Assembly (NCBI GenBank): GCA_008632985.1
Contig: QPGO01000076.1
Span: 186,001-250,000, forward strand
DNA from: Psammoneis japonica
Taxonomy: Eukaryota
DNA length: 64,000 nt
Direction of reading: 5' to 3'
This document shows, one piece after another, positions 37,238 through 50,042 of this stretch. Both the position numbers and the translations under genes were made by a program. A model generated the notes under the pieces. That model worked only from the letters and a program-made list of their open reading frames with translations. It was not told the origin of the DNA and ran no database searches. Position 1 is the stretch's first letter, and each line of letters begins with the position of its first letter.

Positions 37238-38218
37238 TCAATCAAAACAAAGACAACGCTCGCCAATCAAGCATCCTTGCTCGAAAGGCTTTCGTCTGGG
37301 GATGCATCTCGTTGTCTCGACACAATCGAATAACATTTCCGGGATATGTTCGATTCGTGAGCGAAGACATTCGACAGTCTCCCCCGTTAATCGATGTTTT
37401 GCGGTAATCACCCTCTTGCGTCGAACATAATACGTACCCTCCCTCTGATGCCGTGGCAAGGGCAAGAGCGAGTGTTTTAAGAGCCATTCAAGCTTTTCGC
37501 CTGTACCCAATCTCATGGTTTCTTTTCGTCCTTTAATATTCTTGCTGTGATGTACCGCATCCGCGACTCCATTGATATGGCTATCGTAGCCTCGCCACAA
37601 AATCAACGAGACTGCCTCTTCCTTTGTGTCGTACGAGCCAACACGACAATCAAATGTAGCAAGCGAGTCGGCAGAAAAGACAATCTCATCATTATCCTTG
37701 CATAGCTTGAGTAATCCATGGTTAAAGTGAGCCGTGACTGTGGCGGCCGCCAAGGAACATAGCTTTTGGACGCGGCCGTTGTATGGGTGACACTGTTGAA
37801 CGCCATTTACGACATTGGCTGGTTTGATTAGGACTGTCAGTTCATCCGATTGCGTAAAACCATAAACGGCTGCGAACCTGTTCATGAGTGCCTGACAACA
37901 ATCCTGCATAATACTGGCAAAGTCCAGTGAGAATCCCTCCTGACCAATCACGCCTGCTCTCCGCAGTCGGGGCAAAAATTTGCTAAAGCCAGTGCCATCG
38001 CATCGCAAGGATATCCACTTGGAACCGTCAATAGCTACGGTCGTCGGTTGTTCTGCTACTTTCAAGGCATCACCCAACCGATTCCATTGTGCCTTGGCAA
38101 GAAAGGGCGGGCCCTCGTGGAGTTCTTGTGAAACTCCTTCAACGTAATGAGGTTGACGATCCTTCAAATCGGCAATCAACGCCGTAGCCAATGTCGCTAG
38201 ATTGTCTGTATCAGACAT
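37238..38218 (-). CDS. THG1: tRNA(His) guanylyltransferase Thg1-like protein (3'-5' polymerase family)
   Basis: LRCDGTGFSKF, YGFTQSDELT, GRVQKLCS and TFDCR motifs. Confidence 0.85.
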   Translation of the reverse strand: MSDTDNLATLATALIADLKDRQPHYVEGVSQELHEGPPFLAKAQWNRLGDALKVAEQPTTVAIDGSKWISLRCDGTGFSKFLPRLRRAGVIGQEGFSLDFASIMQDCCQALMNRFAAVYGFTQSDELTVLIKPANVVNGVQQCHPYNGRVQKLCSLAAATVTAHFNHGLLKLCKDNDEIVFSADSLATFDCRVGSYDTKEEAVSLILWRGYDSHINGVADAVHHSKNIKGRKETMRLGTGEKLEWLLKHSLLPLPRHQREGTYYVRRKRVITAKHRLTGETVECLRSRIEHIPEMLFDCVETTRCIPRRKPFEQGCLIGERCLCFD

Positions 38219-38695
38219 GATTTTTCAAAGATCCGTTTGTGCTGTGCTACTCTGAGTCCACAAACGCCAATGGCAGCGGTTCTTCTCTTGGGTAATAGAC
38301 ACTATCACCTCCCCTTGCAAACTTCCAAGTTCGCCAAGATGCGCGACCGCGGAGGATCTCAAATTTGCGCGGGAAATGTCGGAGGGAAGTTCACTTTTAT
38401 GCAAACATTCAATTCCGAAAAAACTCCAAATTAAAAAATATTATTAAAGACGTTATACCTACATACTGATTGGCGAGCTGACATCCCTCCTCAACGCAAC
38501 GTGAGATAGATTCAGTAGGGCCCTACATGTTCTACAGGGCGTCAAAATCGGCGAGAAGCGAACGCATTCTGACTGGATCCTGCGGTTTTCCACGATCTTG
38601 TGTTCCTCACAAACTATCACGTAAACATCTCACAACCCCACCTAAACAGCACTCTCATTTGTCATAAACGGTATTGCTATTATTGCTTTTCAACC

Positions 38696-39682
38696 ATGAT
38701 GCTTCGCACTCGCACTCTTCCCGAGACTCCAGAGCGAAAGCCTCGAAACAACAGCATGGAGATAGAAGACAAGACGACTCCCATCCTTTCGCCTGTTCCT
38801 GCTGTCGTCTCTCCTCCGGCCATTATCGAGCCATCATCACCCAGGACTCAAGGCTCCCTCGAGATGGATGACAAGAAAATGCCTGATGACAATGGCATCA
38901 AGGTACCTGTTGAGGAGAAAACCAAGGGTGTTACACCTACTCGCAAGCAAGTGCCTAGCATGGTAAAGCAACACAATGTGCTTACTCCACCCACTCCCGT
39001 AAGAGTTTCTTCTTTTCCTACGGTATTCCCCAAGATCTCGGTTGCACAAAAGAAGGCATCTACTAAAAGTAAACCAGCCAAGGTTGTACCGAAAAAGAAA
39101 AAGACGACTCGCAAGAAGAAGAAGTTCCTTGTCCTTCCTCTGGCCGTCCTGGGTGCCGGTGTGTCGACCGTGTACCTTGCCGGCAAGGTACACCACATGG
39201 TGCGTGTTGATAAAGTAAAAACTCCGACTCTTGCTCCTCGCAAACTCTCCAAGCGTAAGCGTGGTAATGAGCTGAATGTCACGAGCAGTAAACGAATCAA
39301 GACGCAAGCCGTCAATGAATCATCGGCAGCAACGGCAACGCCATCCATCATTACGCTCCTACCCCCAACGAACGACCCCAAGGTAACCGAGATGCTGGAA
39401 CACGACACCAAGTTGCAATGCCTCAAGCGAATGGCAAACATGCAACAGGGTGTCGATATGACGACGAGCTCGGACGTCAAGACGAAGAACCGTTTTGCCG
39501 GCAAGCTCAAGGCCACCACCGGCAAGCTCTTGGGTCGCTTCCAAAAGACAGACCAAGATAACAAAAAGAAGAGTAATACGAAAAAGAAATTTGTAAAGGG
39601 ACTTGAAAAAATGCTGTTGGGGGCTTCGGTTTCAAACCATGCCGATCGCAAGAACAAGATTTTGACTCTTCCAAGCAAGTAG
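38696..39682 (+). CDS. Hypothetical Lys/Pro/Thr-rich protein
   Basis: Long ORF with normal codon usage; one hydrophobic stretch FLVLPLAVLGAGVSTVYL. Confidence 0.6.
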   Translation: MMLRTRTLPETPERKPRNNSMEIEDKTTPILSPVPAVVSPPAIIEPSSPRTQGSLEMDDKKMPDDNGIKVPVEEKTKGVTPTRKQVPSMVKQHNVLTPPTPVRVSSFPTVFPKISVAQKKASTKSKPAKVVPKKKKTTRKKKKFLVLPLAVLGAGVSTVYLAGKVHHMVRVDKVKTPTLAPRKLSKRKRGNELNVTSSKRIKTQAVNESSAATATPSIITLLPPTNDPKVTEMLEHDTKLQCLKRMANMQQGVDMTTSSDVKTKNRFAGKLKATTGKLLGRFQKTDQDNKKKSNTKKKFVKGLEKMLLGASVSNHADRKNKILTLPSK

Positions 39683-40295
39683 GAGGGAATTTGGGGTGGG
39701 GGTCTGGGTTTCGGTTAGATTGTCTGATTTAGCAAGATTTGGGAGGGGATTCTGGTACGAGAGAAACAAGAAGTGTAATTGCTTCCATCATTAACGCGAA
39801 CAGGGCACTTGTTCCGTTGGAAAGATGGGGGGAAAGCTTAATCTCTCCACTCTCTACGAACAAGATATGGGACGAATGTTGGTTTTATAGTAAGGATTAT
39901 GGGGACCAGGGAAGAAGCTCAATGTTGTCCGGCTATATTATTAATAAAGACCGACTTGAGCAAGGGAACAATAATGTGTGATCAAGGTATAAGCGAACAA
40001 GGGGTACACTATACGAAAACGAAAACTTGGTTAAACCGTAAAAATGCTGCTTAACTGTTTCGTGCATTGTCATATTCTTCGAGGGAACATACTTATTACA
40101 AGTATGTGGTCTCACTTTACTCTGAAGTTTTTAGTTGAGTAGTCGTACTGTAGAGAGTATTCTTACATACTTATGCAGTACAGGTATACTATCAATAAAC
40201 TGCAAGGTACAGTACTGAAGAAAGGCTCTGCTTCGTCGGCATTGTACAGAGGAGAACGAAGTCACCCATAACTTGGAAGCACGTAGCTGCCTCCC

Positions 40296-42094
40296 CTACT
40301 TCAGACCCAGATCATCATATGCCTCGAAAGCTGCTTCCAAGTCGATGGGATCTACGTACACTTCCTCCAATCGGTCACGAGGGAGCGTAATCGGACAAAC
40401 CAGATCCAGACAGCCGGCCACAAAGTAGGAACCAATCTCAGAAGAAGAACCAAAGTCCCAGAGGAAACGCTCATCGCCGTTTTCCAAATCCAAATCAGTT
40501 GTGTACAAGTTGCCACTTGGTGAATAGACTTCTACTCCAATCAAACTTCCGACACAGTTGGCTCTCTTGATGACAATCTTCTCGACGAGATCACCACCTA
40601 CAATCTTGATTTCGAGTTTAGAGTCCTCTGGACACTCAAGAGACTGAGCAATCTCGTGACTCCCGGCATATCCGAATGTTAGACCGGGCGTCTCTCCATT
40701 ACTGATGTTTGCAGGCCTCGCATCACCACTAATGAGCTCAAATTCCCACCCATCTTCAAAGGGAGGGGAGCCATCGCACAGAATTTCAAACTCCGTAAAA
40801 CCCTCCCCCCGGGTGGTGAATTCGGCATCAAAAAAGTAGAACCCGCCCAACGGAGGAACGTCGAGTTCGCATTTCTCTGTGACACCGTCGCCCTTGTACG
40901 GATTTGCACTTTCGCTGCGACTTGTACCAGACCGTTCACCTTTGCTGACTTCGCCACTCTTGTTAGACCTTTCACTTTCAGACGTGCCTCTCTCAGCACT
41001 CTTCTTGCCAGATTTTTTATTCCCCCGACTCTTGTCAGTTGATTTGCTTTTGCTACTCTTGAAACTCTTGGTAGATTTTCCGCTTCTGCTACTCGTAGCA
41101 GACTTCACCTGCCTGCTTTTGCTAGTCATTTTGTCTTTCTTCTTCCCAAGGGCGCGCCGTCCGTTGGTATTCAAGGATGTGTGCTCGTCGAGAATCTTGA
41201 ACAATCCCGGATGAGTCTTGACAAGCTGCTGTAGGAACCACATTTCCCCTGGATTTTGCTTTGCATTCTCTTCATCCTGCTCTAGACGCTGTTGCCTTGT
41301 CACTTCAATATAGCGTTCTACCAAAGACGTAACAATATCTTGGTCAGATAACCAGCGGCCTTGTTCTTACTTCTAACTCTGGTTGCAGGAGCGTCTGGAA
41401 GGCCGGAACGCTGCAATAATCTATCGACATGTGGGCTCTGTCGCACCATCTCTGCCGCAAAACCACTTTTCACGAGACCATCTACTGTGTAATCCACAAC
41501 TGACTGGTCGGCGGGAATGTCCAAATGACTCATCATATCGAGAATGAAGGTCGCACAATTCTTCATCACTATATCGTAGTCTTCATCATATTTTCGGGGA
41601 TCAAAAGGTGTCTTCGATTTTTCGAAAGCACTGTGGATCTCCCCGAGCTCTAGACCTTTGCGCAGACTGAGCGTTACTTCCTCGGTACCGCTGTAAAACG
41701 CGCTCAAATCAGGCTGAAGAACTGCCAATTCCTTTCCGTGGTCTCCTCCGTCGTGAAAGGCAACGGAAGGGCAGCCGTTCTTCTTGTCTTTCGGCAATGC
41801 CAAAAGGTAAATATGGTGGTCAACGTAGAGTTCAAGGTTAAACGATTCCTCCTCGCACATCTTGAGCAAACCCTCCCAGTTTTTGGCGTAGAAGCTATGA
41901 CGATCATCGCCGTCATCAACTGGCAGACGATAGAACACATGGTCGGCGAGAGATGCGGAAGGGAAGGCACCAAGTTCACCTAAGTTTCTACTAATTCCTT
42001 TCCTGCGATCCCGCTTTGAGGCAGTGGCTCCAGACTCAGCTTCTGTCAGCAGGAAAGCCAAGATGAGACATAAACTGAAGATGATATTCGGCAT
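40296..42094 (-). CDS. Secreted multidomain protein with a possible permuted papain-like (PPPDE/LRAT-type) domain; frameshift near 41330
   Basis: Signal peptide MPNIIFSLCLILAFLL; DHHIYL..YDIVMKNCATFILDMM; the 41318-42226 and 40296-41324 ORFs abut. Confidence 0.6.
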
Positions 42095-42832
42095 TGTCAC
42101 TGTCGCCTTTGGCGTTTTGCGACTTTTGCGTCTTATGAAAGGATCAAGTCTATGTGAATAATCCCTTGAAAGGATAAAGCGAGGAGAACTTTTGCTTGCA
42201 TCAAAAGACATACCGGTGTACATCAAATCGTGTGAGCGAGGATGAGTCCCGTATGTACCGACACAAAAAATCTATGTCGACGCGCGCTACACCATTTCGA
42301 AACACAACGGAAAATAAACGCCACCTCAATAAACCAAAGTTAACGCTCATGACTGCGATGATGGAGATTGATCCGGATTGTATTGCTCGGATAGCGCACC
42401 ACAAGACAGCCGACGCATAACTATCAGACGGAATTGCACCCACTTATTCCCACCACCACACTATGAAAACGACGGTTTGAATAATTAAACTGTATAGATG
42501 CTGCTTTACTGTTTCGTTCATTGTCATACTGCTCGAAGGACCGTCCGTATATATACTTAGCTTATATCGATTACTATCGGCACGTTGCCTCTCTTGAACA
42601 AACAATCCTTCACTTGATGCAGCACTTGCACAGTTTACCGAAAAGAATTTTTTTTAGCAAAATGAGAATACAAGTCAAGGGGAATAACGCTTTAGGGCCC
42701 CATTGGAAGCGGTGGAGATGCTCTCTGTCTGTATTAGATTCTGGATTCCGTAACTAAATAAGCTAGCTTGTCAATTACTCAAGTGGTACAAGCATGATGT
42801 GGTCTCACTTTGTCAAGTTCCACAGTTGCCTT

Positions 42833-43769
42833 TTACAGAATCGGTTCTTGTCCACGTCGTTTGGGTCGAACCTTGAGTCCCGTCTTGGGTGCCGGCACGG
42901 CTCGAAAGGAATCCATGGTTTCTTGCACGACACTCCTAGTGTCCTTGTCCTTGTTCCACCGACTCGCATTGGCACTGGCCACCAACATGATGGCCTTGTC
43001 GGATCCTTCGGGAATGGTCGCCATGACTAGGCCTTGCGCGGAATTTCGGCATTGGTCGATTGGGACAATTGGAAAAGGCAACTTCCAACAAGCGACTGTT
43101 GTTGTTGTTTTTCATGACGGACGATTTGACCTTGATGTCGGTCGGTGGTCCATAAAAGGAAAAACGACCGGTGGGATCAAAGAGTCTCTCTAGAAAAAAC
43201 GAAGAAGGCAACGATTCAAGTGTTTTTCCCTCAGCAATGGGTTGCGTCACGGCCAAAAAGGCTCCGTCACCCGATTTGGCATCGCGACACTCGACATCAA
43301 AGACACTTCCGGTTTGCAATTTCCACGGACTCCGAAACGACACCAACACCACATTGGGGTCTTGTGTCGTGCCCGTTAGAATTTCAGCCGACACTTGACC
43401 ATTTCCATCTTGAAAGACTTCGGTTCCGTCACGAAACACCACACCGGTTTGTGGTCGGCTTTTTCCCGCTTGGCTACTGACACCCATGTTGCCACCCGCA
43501 TCAACACCGGTTCGTAGAAAACTGTCAATGTCCAACGAATCCTGAAGTGGTTCGGCGTTGGAACGTGATGGACAAGAAAGAGTAGTAGTAGTCGTTAGGA
43601 GCGCAGCTGAGGTTGACAACAAAAAGTCACGACGCTTGTGGTAGAGTGCACACAAGGCGGTGCTTTTGCACGTGTTGACGGCGGGTGTGGGTGGAGAAAA
43701 CGCCAAACTCTGATGATTGCCAAAGAGGAGTGCACATCCCACTGGGATGACAAGGAGATGTTTCATCAT
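42833..43769 (-). CDS. Plastid, probably thylakoid-lumen PsbP-like protein; frameshift near 43070
   Basis: SLAFSPP targeting motif, twin-arginine KRRDFLL and SNA-E cleavage; C-terminus continues in the 42833-43081 frame (W....V.ETMDSFRA). Confidence 0.65.
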
Positions 43770-44088
43770 GTTGTTGTAGTTGGTGCTGTCAACAAACGTT
43801 GTTGATTGTGCCTATACTGACGGATGGATGCCATTGCATCGATCTGCTTTCTTTGGTGTCATCATCACCCATCGATCACTGACTGACGCAGCGATGATGC
43901 GAGGATCAAAAAATCAAAATCCATGGATTTGTATGTTCGGGTTGGAATATATCAATACAATTATATTCAAATCATTCAGTGTTGTAGGTTTCATAAGTTT
44001 TATAACCCTAATTACTGAATAAATATTTAATTTTGCATGCCGAAACACGGCGCGATGACGACCCGATGACACAAAAAAAACCACCACC

Positions 44089-47000
44089 ATGGCTGGCAGC
44101 GGCGGTAGTAATCCCTTTTCCTCTTTTGCCGCTGGCAAACGCAATACTACTAATACTAATGGTGGTGGCGGTTGGTTAACTACCAAGAAGCGTGGTCGTG
44201 ACGATGCCAAGATTCGTCGTGATGCGAAACAAGCGGCGGATGCACGAAAAAACCAACGAGCGAAGAAAAACCTCCAACGAAAAATAACAACAAGGCAGCG
44301 GCTAAAAAGAAGAAAAAGAAAAAGCTATACTGCGACGAGAGCGAGAGCGAGGATAGCTTCATCGTGCAAGATGATGATGAGATTAGCTATGATGAGGAGT
44401 CTTTGGAAGAAGAGGAATTGATTCTGGATAAGAAAAGAAAAAAGCAGAAGAAGAAGAAACCGCAGAGTCGCCGTATCAATCATACGGTCAAGGACGTGGT
44501 GCATGTCGATTCGTCATCGGAAGAAGAATTGATTATTGAAAAGAAACAGACGAAGAAACGCAAGAGTCTCAATGAAACAGCGTCCTTAACGAGTAGCGGT
44601 AGCAGCGACGATGAAGATGCTTCGTTTTTACCAAAGTCTGCCACGCTACTCGAGCAGAAACGAACAAGCAAACCCATCCTGCCCCGACTCGGCAACAATG
44701 CCAAGAAACGTGCTATCAATCTATGCGCCTCGGAAGACGATGATGATTCTTCTTCGGATGATGATTCGCTTCTCAATCAAAGTGGAACGAGACCAAGCCA
44801 ACGAAATCAAAGTACTTTGTGGCAAAGACCACCTCATTGTCCAGAGTTGGTTGGTCGGACGAATCCGAGATTGAAGATGACGATGAAGCCAGGCTGTAGC
44901 TCTAGTGATTCAAGAAAGCCTCCAAGAGTCGTCCCCCGAAATGATAAAGAAACAACAGCACAAGCGTCTCAAAAAGAAAAGTACCAAAAAGAAAAAAAGA
45001 AGAAACGCCAACGCGTCGTGGCAGACTGTCTCCCATTGTTGCGAGTCAAGAAACAACAAGTCAAGAGGAACCGATTTCTCTACTGGACGATTCAGAAGAA
45101 GAAGAAGGTGAGGAACTGCAAGATGAAGAAGAAGTGGATGTCTATGTCGCTCAAGACGATGATGAGGGTGCCAAGGAGGCTCGATCGGTATTGGAGGCTG
45201 CCAACAAGCTGAGTGCTCAAGTGCTTGCCACCATGATGGCGTGGTGTAGTAAGGACGACAACGGATACTACTACCGGATGGCTCGTCGTCTGTAGTTCCA
45301 CAGGGAATGATTTGTGACGGTGCACTCTCGCTACAAAACGCAACCACAAGCACAGAGTCGTGGATTTCCAATGACGAAATGAAACGTGTGTGTCCCATGG
45401 TGAACTTGGCCAACTATCAATTGGTGGGTGTCAATTGGATGGCACTCTTGCACGGCATGACGTACAATACTACGAATTCAACCGAAAAGCCACTCAGTGT
45501 CAATGGTGTCTTGGCGGACGAAATGGGACTTGGAAAGGTAAGGGTTTTCTATTGAGGGAGGGTGTGTGTGTATTGTGCGTTTACGTCTAACCCTTCTTAT
45601 TGTATCATTTTCATATCGCACGTTCCAGACTGTCCAAACGATTTGCTTTTTGGCTTGGTTAAAGCAACACAATCGCTCCAAGCGTAATAGCGACAATGGC
45701 ACGGAAGAAGGCGCAGCGGATCGTCCTCACATTATTGTTGTTCCGGCTTCGGTATTGACCAATTGGCAGCGCGAGTTTGAAAAGTTTTGCCCCGACATGA
45801 CCGTCGTCAAGTGAGTCATTTCGTTTTATCGTCTACCTGCTTGTATTCACATACTCTCGCCATTGTTGTTCTTACCAATTCCCTCACGCACAATTCTTTT
45901 CCCATTCAAAACTCAGATACCACGGAAGCATGGTCGAACGTGACGAGATTCAGCAACGCCTCCGCCAATCCTTGCCTGATGCTCACAACAAGCTGCCCCT
46001 TGATGTCGTGCTGACTACATTTTCCTACTTTAGCAGTGAAAAGTCCACGGATCGAAACTTTCTTCGCCGGTTTCGCTTTGACTATTTAGTGGTTGACGAA
46101 GCTCACTGCTTGAAGAATCCAAAGGGAATGCGTTATTGCAATTTGAACAAGTTCTCCACGTCTCATCGACTCTTGCTGACTGGCACACCCGTGCAAAACT
46201 CACCCAAGGAACTCATGTCGCTCTTGTGTTTTCTCATGCCGCTCTTTTCGTCTCCCTCGTCATCGTTTGACGATTACGATGATTCCAACAAACACGACGG
46301 AGGAGAAAGCATGCTGCAGCATTTTGTCTCTCTGGAGACGGGCAGTGATGCCAAGGCGTCGGCATACAAAAAGCTCAAGCAATTGTTTGCTCCTTTTGTC
46401 TTGAGACGAAAAAAGGCAGAGGTGCTGGCTCAAATCATGCCACCCAAGGTACGTATGGAGAGAGCTTGTTTCTGTCTATGCTTTTCTCAATAGCAACCGG
46501 ATTGCTCACTTTTTTTTTTATGTATTCTTTCTGCATGATAGATTCGCAAGCTGGAAAAGCTACCGTTTGACGGAAAGACGCGGATGCTCTACGACTCAAT
46601 CCTTGAAAAGCATCTGAGTCGTAAAAATGGCGGGAATGGCTCTGACGATGCATCCGCCAAACAGCATCTCTTTACCCAGCTCCGTAAAGCCGCGAACCAC
46701 CCGCTACTACTGCGTACACGCCACTTGTCGGAGGAAGCCGTGGATGACTTGTCGCATCACTTGTACCGAATGGGGTATTTCGGAAGGGATGCCACGTTGA
46801 CCGTTAGACATGTGCGACAAGAGCTGGAGAACTTTAGCGATTTTGATATTCACGGTGCGGCTTTAACGCTCATGGAGGAAAGTCCTGGCCGCAGCTCATT
46901 TCTGAAAAGTACACGCTTGGAGTGGACGATTTGTTTTGTTCCCCCAAATTTGTGCGGTTGCGAACTCTCTTGCCAGAATTGATCAAGGAGGGTCACCGCG

Positions 47001-47638
47001 TTTTAGTTTATTCGCAGTGGACGAGATGCATGGACCTTTTGGGATGTCTCATGGATGCATTGGAGTTGAAGTACTTACGTCTAGACGGATCAACGGCCGT
47101 GAACGAACGCCAAGCCTTGATTGATGAATTCAATCAGGATGACTCTATTCCCATCTTTTTGCTGTCCACGAGGGCGGGGGGCATGGGTGAGATTGAAATT
47201 ACTGTATCATCTGTTGCAATTCATGGATTTGTTGTTGGGCTTGTATCTGACTATCTTCTTTTTTACTCTAATGCAATTGCAATGCCATGTACAGGGATCA
47301 ACTTGACGGCAGCGGACACCTGCCTCATTCATGACGTTGACTTTAATCCGTTTAACGATTTGCAGGCAGAAGATCGCTGTCATCGTCTAGGACAAACGAA
47401 AGAAGTGACAGTCATCAAGATGGTTACGGAAGGTACCGTGGATATGGATATTTACAATATGCAGCAAGAAAAAGTAAAGATGAATGCCGCAATTCTGGAG
47501 AGTAGCAGTGCGAAGACTAAGGCAACCGAGACGGAAGAAATGAATTCGATTCTGGACAATGCGTTTCATCGTTTCCTGTCCTCTCCCAAACCCAAAGGAA
47601 AGAAGAGTGAACAAAAAGAGGAAGGAACCTTAGTTTAA
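44089..47638 (+). CDS. SMARCAD1: SNF2-family chromatin remodeller, SMARCAD1/Fun30/ETL1-like; introns near 45538-45628, 45811-45916, 46449-46540, 47188-47294; several frameshifts
   Basis: YQLVGVNW, GVLADEMGLGKTVQTI, VVPASVLTNWQRE, VVDEAH, LLLTGTPVQN, LRKAANHPLL, SDFDIH, FLLSTRAGGMGINLTAAD and DLQAEDRCHRLGQ. Confidence 0.88.
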
Positions 47639-48945
47639 ATTCAGAAGAGTGATAATAGTCTGAACCTAATAGCTAGCTCTACTCTCTAGAGAGGGCTCTT
47701 TGCGATCAAGAGCCGAAGCCATGACCGAGGCCTCGCTAGAGCCTTGTCGCGTCTGTGCGCGATCGCGCGTTTGTGACTCGTATCCGTGAATCAACCATGT
47801 GGGAATGGCAAGTTCGCGTTTTTGATGACTCTTGACACCTTCGTTGCGGACAGTACCAATTCGACGTGCCTTCCAACGCTCACATTTTCACGATTGAGAT
47901 TGCCAATGAGAAGCACGTCGAATTCTCTGTGTGTCTTGTTGGAGGCACAATTCTTGAAAAACGATTTGCGATTTTGGACAAGGATCACCAATCAACAGTA
48001 TTTTTGCAACCGCATCCATCATCATGACATCGCCCCTTCACAAGGATCCCCCGGACCTGCCAAGGTCTCTCCTCACCGCATCGCCCATACCTACCGGTAC
48101 TGCCGCGAAAGCGAAAGTGGTTCCTCTCGAAGTGGACGAAAACCACCATGCATCATGTGGACGGGCCCCGGGATGTAACTGCCACATGACTCCATGTGAA
48201 TGCCTTCCGAGAGGACATGGGAGTTCGCAAGGCCCGCTGAACTTGCACACTCAAGGCGAGGACCATCATACCACCCACGTTGCCGTTGGTTTCTTGGCTC
48301 TCATGTAGGTTCAAGTGGAAGCCTCGAATTTATAATGGGCGGAAGAGAGAGAGAGAGTTAGATTTGACAGCAAGAAGGTGATGGAGTACTGTCGTTGCTG
48401 TAGTTTTGGTTTTGGCCGTGTGCCTGATGCATGACACACAATGGCTCATGACAACACTGCATTACTGCATATCTTAGAAATGATACTTCACAATTTAGAG
48501 TAAATAGTTTAGAGCTATGTTCAAAATATTTTGAATTTGCAACAGTCTCATAGAATAGCCGTGGTGATTTAGTTCGTGTGGTCGCCCAAATGATTCGAAT
48601 GACGACCTTTGACTGATATATGTACGCAAACGCGATTGAGAAACTAAACGGCAAATACAACCACATGGAGGGAGCAGAAAGAAACAGGAATCGCCATCTT
48701 TTTGTACACCTAGTACAATGTTCACCTACCGGTAACGAACCGATCGATGTTATTTGAAAGGAGACGATCCTCGTCTTGTTTTCTGTTGATCGGGACGCCC
48801 ACCACATTATCAATTGGGAGCTGGCTGCTAAAGGGCAAGGCGACCAGGCCAAGCGAGGCTTTGGTTTTGTGAGACCGAAGGTTTGTGTCTCCAAACTGTT
48901 GGTAGTTTAACAGAAGAAATCCCAAAGATACGATTTCACTCTACT

Positions 48946-49700
48946 TTATGTTGAAACGGGTATTGAAAAAACTTCTTCTCCCTTGTTGTCGGAGATATGA
49001 ATTTTGACAAAACCAGCCGCTTCGAGCTTTTGCGTGGCTTTTTGCGTCAGGCTCTTGTTGTCAAAAAATCGACCGTGCCATTCCACCAAAAAGAGTCTCG
49101 CCGGTATGCCAAATCCAGAATCCAAAAGAGTGTCAAGAACATCAAACTCGACGCCTTCCACATCCCACTTGATAATGTCTACAGCATCCAAATTGTGTAG
49201 CTTCAGCGTGGTTGGCAGCGTCACCAGTTTGATCTAAATGCTTCCCGAGCTCCCCGCCTCCCTTGAACCAACTCGTCCCGATACAAAGTCTGGGTTTTTC
49301 GGTAGATTCATGGTGACATTGTCATTATCAATCGCACCAATCCCCACATTAGTGAACACAAACCGGTCCGTTGATAAAGCTTTGTATTTTGCATTTGAGT
49401 CTCAACATAGGCAATCGACTTGGGGTGTTGGATCGTGCGCATATACCGTCGCATTATACTCTTCAATCATAGTCCTCTCCCAATCCATATTTGTGCCAAT
49501 ACCAAACGAGATGATGGAGGCGCGACGATCACGCACAACACTCTCACAAAAGGTCCATGCACCATAAACATTACGACTTGGTTTGGTCGTCAAGGTGTTG
49601 CGAAAAGCCCACAAATCAGAGTCATCGTTTTCTTTGGGCTGTTTGACCTCCGCAGCGGACGAGGCTGAGGTCTTCTTTTGTATGGAGCTATCCAGCTCAC
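48946..49700 (-). CDS. SAM-dependent methyltransferase (FkbM/Methyltransf_22-like), frameshifted; start not resolved
   Basis: YGAWTFC..IISFGIG..YAHDPTP and DIIKWDVEGVEF..LVEWHGRF in adjacent frames. Confidence 0.7.
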
Positions 49701-50042
49701 AGCGAATCTCTCTGTATCATTCCACACCCACGTTTCTGATTGCGAATCAGGCGAACCTCATCTCTTCCTATGCATTCCAGGATTGAACGACACTTTGTTG
49801 CAACACATTCGGCATTACGGCAGGCCAAACGGAGATTATTATCACATGAGATTATAAAGCGTAAAGAAGGCAAATGTCCCACAAGCGCTCTGAATCACCT
49901 CGCTTCGTCATCTGATCCTACGACCCGGTAGCCATCGCTGCTTGTTATTGACTAGACACTGACCTGGTGAGTAGACTCCCTGTGAATAAGCCAGCCCCGC
50001 CATCGCATTGTGACCTGGCTCAAACTCTGCAGTCACACCATA

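Noticed and set aside
44089..47638. SMARCAD1-like remodeller (or the nearby Thg1-like or methyltransferase genes) as the cause of TA erasure
   Set aside because: These are ordinary conserved genes. Proximity in a eukaryotic genome is not evidence, and no deaminase gene was seen in the window.
47786..48925. Short ORFs between the SNF2 and methyltransferase genes
   Set aside because: No recognisable domain or consistent gene structure.
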